In this document: positions 28,458 through 36,354 of the stretch, in pieces
How positions within the stretch are numbered: position 1 is the first letter of the stretch
Layout: the number at the start of each line of letters is the position of its first letter
NCBI GenBank assembly: GCA_045532035.1
Contig: JAZSFD010000107.1
Coordinates: 383-64,382, forward strand
Reading direction: 5' to 3'
Origin: Eubacteriales bacterium
GTDB taxonomy: Bacteria > Bacillota > Clostridia > Oscillospirales > CAG-382
Length of the DNA stretch: 64,000 nucleotides
The notes under the pieces: model-generated
Databases searched by the model: none
Seen by the model: the letters and a program-made list of their open reading frames with translations, nothing else
Told to the model about the DNA's origin: nothing
Made by a program: the position numbers and the translations under genes

Positions 28458-31400
28458 TTAGCCGAAATATTTGTTGAACAAAGCGGAAGCCCAGACAAAG
28501 CGTTTGTCTTTCTGAACAGCTTCACTTGCTTCGAAATCAAATACCTTTGCACCGTTGTCGGTAATGGGGTCTTCATCAAGATCCTCGGTGCTTCTACCGA
28601 AGTTGTTTTTCTTGGGTTCTTCCTTCGCTTCGGCCTTCATCTGCTTTGAAAGGGTTGCGACATATTCTTCCATAAACTTGTTGGCAATATGTGTGTAAAC
28701 ATCCTGATAACATCTGTAGGCTTCGTTTCCTGTATCTTTGTGCGCGATAGCATCGGCATTGTAAGGAGCGGCAGCGTATCTGTGGATGATATTGCAAAGA
28801 GTTTCGATGAGCAATTCTCCGTAATCCTTGTCGTGCTCGGTTTCCTCACTTGTATGTACATTATATGCGAATTCGATGAGGTTCATAGGATCCTTTTTCT
28901 TGGGAGCGGCCTTTGCTTTTCCGTTCTTTGCGCTGTCGATTTCAATGTTTCTGAGGATGTTTCTCTTGAACTGATTGAGGATGGCAGCGTAATTTGTGAT
29001 GCCTGTCTTGTATTCGCCGACATTCTCGCTGTATTTCGAAAGCTTTTCGATTTCGATGCCGATTCTTGCATCAAACTGAGACGAGTAGCTTTCAATGAGG
29101 CTTTCCTGATCGGCAAACCAGTTCATGACCCTGTTCAGCTTGAAATAGGGGATGGTCTTGCCCTTGTGAATGAGGATCTTATAATCCTGATCGCGGTTCG
29201 GGTCGCCGAATACGATTCTGGCATCAGAACCGTCGATGTCATATCCGATCTTTCCGTAGGTGATGGCAAAGAGGAATGCCTTTGCAAGGTCAAGACGGCG
29301 TTCTTCTTCCTTCTTGACATTGATGTACGGCATAACTCCGTGCTTGTGCCAACGCTTATCAAGGTGGGGAGACATCGAATAGCACTGAAGAGCTTCCATT
29401 TCTGCGATTCTCTTTGAATAATGCTCGAAGTATACACCGCCGTTGATTTCATCAAAGGGCTTGATCTGATAAGGCTGGAGACAGTGAACTGTTGAGTAGC
29501 AGAGAACTGTGTAGGGATCTACATTTTCACTGTTGACACAGTTGAGATTTACTGTCTGGCGCTGAGTATCCTTGGGAAGCATGGACGACATCTTGTCAAA
29601 GAAGGAGAATACGGAATCACCCGTAAGTTCTTCAACACGATCCTTGTTGACGGGATTGAACGAAAGATATCTGTAGAAGTTTGATACAGGCGGTTTTTTG
29701 TAATAAACATCGCCGTTTTCGTCCTCTACATCAAACATTCCGCTGTAATTGTCCGCGATATCGTATGAAAGGAAGGGCGCTGCCATCTGAACAAGGGTTT
29801 TGAACTTTCCGGAAATGAACTGGTCGAGTCTGTTTCTTGCCGCATCATCCTTGGAATAGGTTGCCTCGTCATCTTTGAATTCGGGAGAGGTAAGGGAGTA
29901 TTCATAAAGAAGAGCCTGGAAAACATTCATGTTGATCTTGTCCTGGACTTCCTTATTTTCGTGGATGCTGTCTGAAACGATGCTTGAAACGGTGTTGAAG
30001 AGACCGTCGATGCCGGTTGCTTTCTGGTCAACACCGAGCTTCTTTGCGGAGCCGGTGGATCTTATGCGCATGGCCTCGAAAAGTGCTTTGCTGATACTGC
30101 TTGCGGTAGATCCTGTTTTGGTGTTGATAAGGGAACCGCAGTCTTCATACATTTCGCGCTTGATGCGAGAAGAGGCACAAACATAAACATTTCCTCTGGC
30201 AAGCTCATGCTTTTTCTCGGAGGTTGTAATGGCGCCCTGTGTCTTTGTGGCGAATTCGTCAAGCTTGTCAAAGAACAACTCATATTCTGTGATAAGCTTT
30301 TGAAGTCTTTCGCTCACCTTGACGAGAGAGAAGTACATAAGAGCATCGACAAACACATCGTTTGCTTCGTTGAGCTTTCTGTCAAGAGTGGAGAAATAGC
30401 TGCTGACTTCTTTGACGGTAGCTTTTTTGCCGAACCATCTGTTCATTCTGTTTTCGAGGATCTTCTTGTTGGAGATGCCTTCCTCGCTTTCGCTTGCTCT
30501 GAGGACTTTGCGCTGCTTTTCAACCACCATTGTCATGAGGTAAGCGTAAAAATCATCGGCATCATCGGCTGCGGTATCTACCGGACTGATGATTTCTTCT
30601 GCCTTTTCATCGATTGCCAGCTTGAATTTATAGAGGAGATAGCGTGCTGCTACGGGGTGAATGTAATCGCCGGTTTTGTCATCGACGAGAAGACCGTTGA
30701 TGATGCCGATATCGCTTTTGTCGTAGAACTTCCACATCGAGCAATCTTCACAGAGAATTTTGTTAGAAAAGGCGATCGACTGGTCGATTGCAAAGTTGAG
30801 ACCCTTTTCGCAGTAATCGTCGATGTTTTCGTCAATATCGGAGATGGCCCAGAAAATGTTGCTGTCATCGTCCTTGCCCGAGCTGTTGTTGATCTTGGAA
30901 AGGATGCTTGCCTTTGCGCCGCCGATATCGCCGATATGTTCATCCTTTGCTTTGTTTATTCTGTCGTCACCGGCAATTTCTGAAGCTGCAAGAGACTTGA
31001 TCTTTTTCATGAGAGCGACAGAAGCATTTTCGCTGTTGCGAATAACAGAAGGTGCGAGGAATGAGAATTCATTCTTTGAAACACCTGTGGTCTTAACTCT
31101 CTTTTCGAAGGTGTTTATATAATGATTTGCTCTTTCGCCGGGTTCGGGAACATATGCCGGAAGACCGGAAGACTGAGCCACCATGTCCTTTTCCTTGCGG
31201 TAATTTTTCCACTCGTCATCGATGGCATTCCATACCGAATCAAGGCTGTCCTTCAATGCACGGTATGCAAAATAATTGACTATGTCATCGTGGGGATATT
31301 TCATCGAAGCGGCACCCGCGCTTCCGTAAATTGCCGACGGAGCGAGAGTGTGGGCGTGCATTTCGTTGGATTCGTTGGACCATACTTCACCCGAAATGTC

Positions 31401-32291
31401 TGTGTACAGATGTGAATAAGCTATATTTGCCATAGCCTTGTAGTATTCGGGAAGACCGCCCAGAATCTTGGAAAGATAGTTGAGCTTGTCGATGAAGTAA
31501 AGGATGTCGTAGGGCTTTTCGCCGTATCTGCCTTCGGAATCCTTTTCAAAAAGCTTGCCTTCACAGTCTGTGCTGATCTCGATGTCGAGATCGAGCTTTC
31601 CGCCGTATGCCGCGGTTGTGTCGGGGCCGCAGATGAGGTTGAAGGCGTTGAGCTCTCTGATGACGGCATATGCGTTTGCATAAAGGTTGGGGAGCATTTG
31701 AGCGGTAACAACGTTCTTGTAAAGATCGGGGCAGGCAAAAAGTCCGTGAACAACGGCATCAACACCTCTGTCTCTGAAGAACTTTTTGACATAGAGGGCA
31801 ACCTGAATGAATATACCCGAGCCTGTGCCGCCTGCGATGGAAGAGGCAATGAGAATTACAGGAGGCTTATCTTCGGCTGTGGTTGCTGTGGGGTCAAGCA
31901 TGAGGGAATCTTCAAGAATGCGTTCAAGTTCGTTTTTAGAATCCTTCAAGAAATTTGCAAGGCAGAGTCTTGACTTGAGTCTGCACTGCGAAGCACCGCC
32001 GAAAAGAGTGGAGGCAAAGAAGTTGCCTTCGTTGGGAGTGTTGGGGCACCATTCTCCTACATCTCCGCCGACGGAATTGTAATAATCGCCGACAGTGCCG
32101 TCTCCGCTGAGGCAGATCTTATTAACACCGAGCTGAGAAAGATGGTTGAGCTCATCCTGGTCGGTATCTATGGCAATACATGCCACATCGCTTTCAAAGC
32201 CCTTTCCGCGCTCATCAATGAGTCTTTTGTAGAGCTCTGTGATGATTTTGCCTCCGCTTCCGCCGAGACCGATAAAGTAATTGTGTTTCAT
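28458..32291 (-). CDS. Giant tubulin/FtsZ-superfamily GTPase (Pfam 'Tubulin_2'-like) with a ~950-aa C-terminal extension
   Basis: The N-terminus FIGLGGSGGKI (nt 32247-32270) resembles the T1 glycine loop. ILIASSIAGGTGSGIF carries the tubulin/FtsZ signature [SAG]GGTG[SAT]G (AGGTGSG at nt 31815-31835, checked codon by codon). AAGGAG RBS 7 nt before the ATG. Confidence 0.75.
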   Translation of the reverse strand: MKHNYFIGLGGSGGKIITELYKRLIDERGKGFESDVACIAIDTDQDELNHLSQLGVNKICLSGDGTVGDYYNSVGGDVGEWCPNTPNEGNFFASTLFGGASQCRLKSRLCLANFLKDSKNELERILEDSLMLDPTATTAEDKPPVILIASSIAGGTGSGIFIQVALYVKKFFRDRGVDAVVHGLFACPDLYKNVVTAQMLPNLYANAYAVIRELNAFNLICGPDTTAAYGGKLDLDIEISTDCEGKLFEKDSEGRYGEKPYDILYFIDKLNYLSKILGGLPEYYKAMANIAYSHLYTDISGEVWSNESNEMHAHTLAPSAIYGSAGAASMKYPHDDIVNYFAYRALKDSLDSVWNAIDDEWKNYRKEKDMVAQSSGLPAYVPEPGERANHYINTFEKRVKTTGVSKNEFSFLAPSVIRNSENASVALMKKIKSLAASEIAGDDRINKAKDEHIGDIGGAKASILSKINNSSGKDDDSNIFWAISDIDENIDDYCEKGLNFAIDQSIAFSNKILCEDCSMWKFYDKSDIGIINGLLVDDKTGDYIHPVAARYLLYKFKLAIDEKAEEIISPVDTAADDADDFYAYLMTMVVEKQRKVLRASESEEGISNKKILENRMNRWFGKKATVKEVSSYFSTLDRKLNEANDVFVDALMYFSLVKVSERLQKLITEYELFFDKLDEFATKTQGAITTSEKKHELARGNVYVCASSRIKREMYEDCGSLINTKTGSTASSISKALFEAMRIRSTGSAKKLGVDQKATGIDGLFNTVSSIVSDSIHENKEVQDKINMNVFQALLYEYSLTSPEFKDDEATYSKDDAARNRLDQFISGKFKTLVQMAAPFLSYDIADNYSGMFDVEDENGDVYYKKPPVSNFYRYLSFNPVNKDRVEELTGDSVFSFFDKMSSMLPKDTQRQTVNLNCVNSENVDPYTVLCYSTVHCLQPYQIKPFDEINGGVYFEHYSKRIAEMEALQCYSMSPHLDKRWHKHGVMPYINVKKEEERRLDLAKAFLFAITYGKIGYDIDGSDARIVFGDPNRDQDYKILIHKGKTIPYFKLNRVMNWFADQESLIESYSSQFDARIGIEIEKLSKYSENVGEYKTGITNYAAILNQFKRNILRNIEIDSAKNGKAKAAPKKKDPMNLIEFAYNVHTSEETEHDKDYGELLIETLCNIIHRYAAAPYNADAIAHKDTGNEAYRCYQDVYTHIANKFMEEYVATLSKQMKAEAKEEPKKNNFGRSTEDLDEDPITDNGAKVFDFEASEAVQKDKRFVWASALFNKYFG

Positions 32292-32326
32292 GTTTTGTCT
32301 CCTTTATTTATTCTCAAATTAAGAAT

Positions 32327-35300
32327 TCAGATTTGATTGCCGTTTCTGCGGAAGAACACGATTGCAAGCTGCTTTTCCTGAACCTCGCAGATAAATTCGT
32401 TTTCAAGGTTGATGCTGATGCCTTCCTTGGGATCGAAGCGGGTTTGGCGACCGATGAGCCTGCCTTCTTCAAAGGTATCTCTGGTGTCAAAGGCAAGGAT
32501 TCTGTCCAAATATGTTTGATTCAGTGCGCCTGTGTTGAAGACATAATCTTCGGGAGTGATATCGATAGTGGGTTTGCGCTCTATCGTCCAATGCGGATAG
32601 GTTCTTTCAAGACCAAAGGCGCGGGGGGCTATAAGATCTGCCGAATGTTCAAAAACACATACTCTTTTGCGCATACTCTTGAAAGGAAGCAGCACTTGAT
32701 GGGGGAGAACATACGGACGCTTTTTTATTACATTTACATCAATAAGGTTCCAGTCCCCGACAGTGTTCTTTCTGAAGGTTGCCCTGTAGAGCTTTCCCTT
32801 TATAAATCTTATTCGAGTGATGCAGCAGAATGTGAAATAAGCAACGAAAGCTATCACACCGAGAACCACCCAGAATATGATGAGAACTAAGGGGTTGGTG
32901 TTGACATGCACTATTGCGCTTACCTGCTGATCGTTGAAGGAGAGAACTATTTCTGTATCTCCGTCTTTGACAAGAAACAGATTTGCCCATTCCCAAAGGC
33001 TTGGGGAAATGAATGTCCAGCCGTTGTAGCAGGGTCTGACAAACAGATATCCGGTTTCGTCACCGGCGTCAAGAACTTTCACATCAAGTCCGATGTGCTT
33101 TTTGTTTTTGTTGAGATAAACGTTGCAATCGAGAGCCTCAAGCTCAGCCTTTGACAAAACTCTTGTATCTCTTGAAATTTCAAATTCAACACCGTCGGTG
33201 TTTTTTGTAAGCTCCACATCAACGACGGTTATGCCATCTTTTCTGACTGAAACCGAATGCTTGGGAGCAAGCACCGAAACTTCTGCTTTGCAGGGTTCTG
33301 CCGCGATCTGCTCAATAGAGGCGGTTATCGTGTGTGTCTTTTTGACATCTATGCCTGTTATTGCCGTGTAAGGAACGGCGCCTGCTGCATTTTCGTCATA
33401 TTGCGGGGTGAAAGACTTTCCGACGGGAAGATTTCCGTCATACACCGTTTCGATCTTGCCGGGAAGCTCGCCGTTATCGATCACAAGCCCGTTTGCAATT
33501 TCTGTGTCCCATTTTGCAAGAGGACCATAGTTTTCGCCGCCCGAATAATCTGCAAGAAGTGTGTAGACGATCTTCTTCTGATTCTTTTTGAGAGAGTCAA
33601 GGTTGAGATCTTCGGAAATCTCGGATTCTGCAGAGATCTTGTAGGCAGCTTTGCTTATGGCGATGGTGAATGCTTCCGATTGGATTGTACTGCCGTTCAC
33701 GCTTACCGTGGCGTAGATTTTGTGTTCTTTTCCAAGAATGTTTGCGGGGGAGTCCGAGCCGAGGTTTGGAACGAAGCTTAATGAGCCGTCGCTTTCCTTT
33801 ACGATCTCACCGGGAAGACCCGCGGTCTCGATCTTGAGTGTTTCATATATTTCCTTGTCGATCTCGGCAAGAGGACCGTAATTCTCGCCGCCCTCATAGT
33901 CGGCAAGGAGAGTAAAGGTCATTTTGTCCTTGTTACTCTTAAGAGTGTCAACAGAGAAGGTCTCAGGGAGTGAATTGTCAAGTTTTATCATGTATGAGGA
34001 GCTGCTGATAAATACCGTGATCTCTTCGGAGTCAAGAGTGGTATCTCCGACCTTGGCTGTGGCGGAAAGCTTGTGCTCCTTGTTGAGAATGTCCTCGGTC
34101 TTTAGTTTTTTGTCTTTTGGATCAAAAGAGGGGACAAAGCTTACCGAATCCTTTTCTTTTGTGAGCTTGCCGGGGAGTGTGGTGCTGTTCAGTTCAATGC
34201 TGAAGGTGCCCTTGTCGCACGCCGACTCGCTTATCGGAATAAACTTTCCGTCATTTTCGTAATCGGCAACGATTGTATAAGTGATGGCTTTTTTGTTTGA
34301 CTCAAGCTCAATGATCGAAAGCTGTGTGCTCAAAAGGTCTTTTTCGGTCTCGATTTTGTATTGAGGCTTTATTACCTCAACAGTTCTTGTCAGAATCGAT
34401 TGACCGTCAAAACAGACCGAAACCGAAAAGCTTTGGGGAAGTGAATTGAAATCCTGAGAAGCTTTTGGAGTATATATGATGCTTTTACCGCTTGTTTTCA
34501 CTTCGGAGAGCTCCGAGCATTTTCCGCTGTTGAAGCCGTTTGCTCCCTCGATCTTTATTTCAAGGTCATCAAGAATTCCGCTGTAAAGGTTCGAAAAAGG
34601 AAATTCAATTCCGTTTTTGCCGTTTGCCCAGTCATTAAAAAGGGGCTTTGTGAGGGAAATCTTTGCGGAATCTCCCGTCAGCGCCGAGGTGTCGATTACG
34701 GGTCTTCCTTTTATCTTTCCCAGCGATTCTTTCTGAACGAAAGGCTGATAACCGTCAAGGGTGGCTTCAATCTTCAGCTCTTTCCCCTCATAGTCTTTTT
34801 GCATGGTTACGACATATGAGCCGTTTTCGGTGTCTGCGTTTGTGACGGCTTTACCGTTGATATACAGGGTGTACTCGGGATTGAGAACATCGGAGGACAC
34901 CTTTGCGCCGAGCTTTCCGTTTTCTTCGATCTCAAAAAGTCCGCATTTGATGGCGAAAGAATCGCCTTCGTGGAGCTTATCCTTTATGTCCGAAAAGCTC
35001 AGAGGATCGGGATCGTCGCCCACATAGTATTCACATCCGAGCTTTACCGCAGGTTCCACAAGCACGACCACATTGCTCTTGTCGATGCCGTATGCCGAAA
35101 GATCGATGCTGTAATTTCCCTTGGGGAGGGGGGAGGCTGTGTCTTTGTTGGCTATAAGTGAAACGAAACCGTAGGGACGGTTTTCAGGAACTTTGTGCTC
35201 GACGGTGAGTATGTAATTCTTTGTTTCTTTAGGGGAGGGCTCCGGACAGTCGAGATTAAAACTTTTAACTTCGAAGGAAATGCCTTTCTGACTGCAGGTT

Positions 35301-36145
35301 ACAGGGAGCGCGATATCTCCGAAAGGTGAGTTTTCCTTCTGGACAAGAAGCGAAATGTTGTGCGCTGGATATTCAAGATCAAAGGTAAGCGTTCCGTTGC
35401 TGACAGCAGTCTTTGCGGTGATGTCAGTGCGTCCCATGATGGTTGCAGAGATATCTTTAACTGAGCTGATGATTTCTTTGCTCGACTTGGCTTTGCTCAC
35501 TGAGATTCCGTCAAGACCGCTTGCCGAAACGCTGTCTCCCATCATAAAAAAGATGGTTTCAAAGTCTGCACCATTGATGAATTCTTTTACTTTGCCGTCA
35601 GCCCAAAGCAGTTCGCTTGAAAAAGTCTTATCCTCTGTGTGGAAGGTGGTGTTTTGATCCAACTGACCATCTGCCATTACCACAAGGTAATATTTTGCAT
35701 TGTTTTTGTAAGTTCTATATGCTTCTTCAAGTTTTTTATATCCGGTTTCGAGTTCATTGTCTGTTCCACCTTCGACCAGCAGCTGTTTGAGTTTTTCTAT
35801 TTCGTTCTTCTTTTGTGTGCCAAGGTTAACTTTTCCGCTTTTGATGCCGGTTTTGTTTTTTTCTTGTTCTTCATCGTTCAGATATGTTACATAAAGAACA
35901 TCTTCTTCACCCATCATGGCGATAAAAGCCTGCATTGCATAGCTTGAGTAAGCCCATCTGAAGTCTGCATCTGCATCATTTGAATTTTTTCCCAGTCCTG
36001 CCATACTTGCAGAGTCATCAAACACAATTGATACGATTCTCGGTATATGCTTCGGAGAGGCTGATTCGTCAGCGGATACCGAAACGAATGTGGCGGAGGT
36101 TATGAGTATTAGCAATGACAGCAATGTCAAAAATATCTTTTTCAT
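32327..36145 (-). CDS. Secreted, C-terminally membrane-anchored von Willebrand factor A (vWA) protein with Ig-like repeats and a cytoplasmic tail
   Basis: ATG 36145 with AGGAG upstream. Signal peptide MKKIFLTLLSLLILITSATFVSVSA|DES. Complete MIDAS set: DDSAS (nt 36005-36019), GGTD, MADG. A beta-rich region follows with three ~120-aa tandem repeats. A single TM helix LVLIIFWVVLGVIAFVAYFTFCCI (nt ~32813-32896) is followed by the basic stretch RIRFIKGKLYRATFRK and a ~160-aa tail. Confidence 0.8.
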   Translation of the reverse strand: MKKIFLTLLSLLILITSATFVSVSADESASPKHIPRIVSIVFDDSASMAGLGKNSNDADADFRWAYSSYAMQAFIAMMGEEDVLYVTYLNDEEQEKNKTGIKSGKVNLGTQKKNEIEKLKQLLVEGGTDNELETGYKKLEEAYRTYKNNAKYYLVVMADGQLDQNTTFHTEDKTFSSELLWADGKVKEFINGADFETIFFMMGDSVSASGLDGISVSKAKSSKEIISSVKDISATIMGRTDITAKTAVSNGTLTFDLEYPAHNISLLVQKENSPFGDIALPVTCSQKGISFEVKSFNLDCPEPSPKETKNYILTVEHKVPENRPYGFVSLIANKDTASPLPKGNYSIDLSAYGIDKSNVVVLVEPAVKLGCEYYVGDDPDPLSFSDIKDKLHEGDSFAIKCGLFEIEENGKLGAKVSSDVLNPEYTLYINGKAVTNADTENGSYVVTMQKDYEGKELKIEATLDGYQPFVQKESLGKIKGRPVIDTSALTGDSAKISLTKPLFNDWANGKNGIEFPFSNLYSGILDDLEIKIEGANGFNSGKCSELSEVKTSGKSIIYTPKASQDFNSLPQSFSVSVCFDGQSILTRTVEVIKPQYKIETEKDLLSTQLSIIELESNKKAITYTIVADYENDGKFIPISESACDKGTFSIELNSTTLPGKLTKEKDSVSFVPSFDPKDKKLKTEDILNKEHKLSATAKVGDTTLDSEEITVFISSSSYMIKLDNSLPETFSVDTLKSNKDKMTFTLLADYEGGENYGPLAEIDKEIYETLKIETAGLPGEIVKESDGSLSFVPNLGSDSPANILGKEHKIYATVSVNGSTIQSEAFTIAISKAAYKISAESEISEDLNLDSLKKNQKKIVYTLLADYSGGENYGPLAKWDTEIANGLVIDNGELPGKIETVYDGNLPVGKSFTPQYDENAAGAVPYTAITGIDVKKTHTITASIEQIAAEPCKAEVSVLAPKHSVSVRKDGITVVDVELTKNTDGVEFEISRDTRVLSKAELEALDCNVYLNKNKKHIGLDVKVLDAGDETGYLFVRPCYNGWTFISPSLWEWANLFLVKDGDTEIVLSFNDQQVSAIVHVNTNPLVLIIFWVVLGVIAFVAYFTFCCITRIRFIKGKLYRATFRKNTVGDWNLIDVNVIKKRPYVLPHQVLLPFKSMRKRVCVFEHSADLIAPRAFGLERTYPHWTIERKPTIDITPEDYVFNTGALNQTYLDRILAFDTRDTFEEGRLIGRQTRFDPKEGISINLENEFICEVQEKQLAIVFFRRNGNQI
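33266..34366 (-). repeat. Three tandem ~117-127-aa protein repeats inside the vWA gene
   Basis: Repeat units start at YKIETEKD.., YMIKLDNS.. and YKISAESE... They share L(K/E)SN.K.(I/M)T(Y/F)T(I/L)(V/L)ADY.(G/N)(G/D).NYGPLA, LPG(K/E), SF(V/T)P and KEHK(L/I).AT. The units have diverged at the DNA level. Confidence 0.8.
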
Positions 36146-36201
36146 ATTAGCTCCTGAAATATGTAGTAGATGTGTATTGAATATAAAAATCCCTAATATA
36201 C

Positions 36202-36230
36202 ATTCTATCACTTGTGTCACATTTTGTCAA
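36202..36230 (-). promoter_or_regulatory. Near-consensus SigA promoter of the vWA/tubulin-like operon
   Basis: On the minus strand: TTGACA (36225-36230), a 17-nt spacer, TAGAAT (36202-36207). It lies ~55 nt upstream of ATG 36145 and immediately downstream of the terminator of the preceding operon. Confidence 0.75.
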
Positions 36231-36282
36231 TACTTGCGTTCATATTATTATATAAAAATATTATATAATTGCAAAAAATGTA

Positions 36283-36322
36283 CCGCACCGAGCGGATTTG
36301 ACTCGATGCGGCAGTGAAAAAT
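36283..36322 (-). terminator. Rho-independent terminator after the asparaginase-like gene
   Basis: On the minus strand CCGCAUCGAG pairs with CUCGGUGCGG (10 bp including one G-U) at 36293-36302 / 36312-36321, followed by ACAUUUUUUG. It lies 33 nt after the stop at 36355. Confidence 0.7.
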
Positions 36323-36354
36323 ATACATTTTTTGCCATTGTTTTGCAAAAATAT

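Noticed and set aside
32247-32270. Reading GLGGSGGKI of the 1277-aa protein as a P-loop (Walker A) NTPase motif
   Set aside because: The Lys is not followed by Ser/Thr, and the protein also carries the AGGTGSG tubulin/FtsZ signature ~140 aa downstream at the spacing expected for T1 and T4 loops. The tubulin-like reading fits better.
20835-32890. Long plus-strand ORFs inside the island genes (for example 20835-21449, 21480-22055, 23397-24278, 28689-29417, 30207-30983, 32333-32890)
   Set aside because: All lie antisense to much longer minus-strand ORFs that have RBSs and recognisable motifs. Their translations are low-complexity or Cys/Phe/Val-rich, as is typical of shadow frames, and they have no RBS.
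36146-36220. Longer N-terminal extensions offered by the ORF track: vWA from 36220, asparaginase from 37410, TIR-V4R from 38396, TIR-TIR from 39373, IMPase from 19869, oxidoreductases from 9454 and 12106
   Set aside because: In each case an internal ATG is preceded by a strong AGGAG/GGAGG RBS and begins the recognisable domain or signal peptide. The extensions overlap upstream genes or promoters and lack an RBS.
36202-36230. Interpreting TGTGA in the shared motif as a CRP/FNR-type site (TGTGA-N6-TCACA)
   Set aside because: None of the three copies has the matching TCACA half-site at N6 spacing. The palindromes present have a different geometry.
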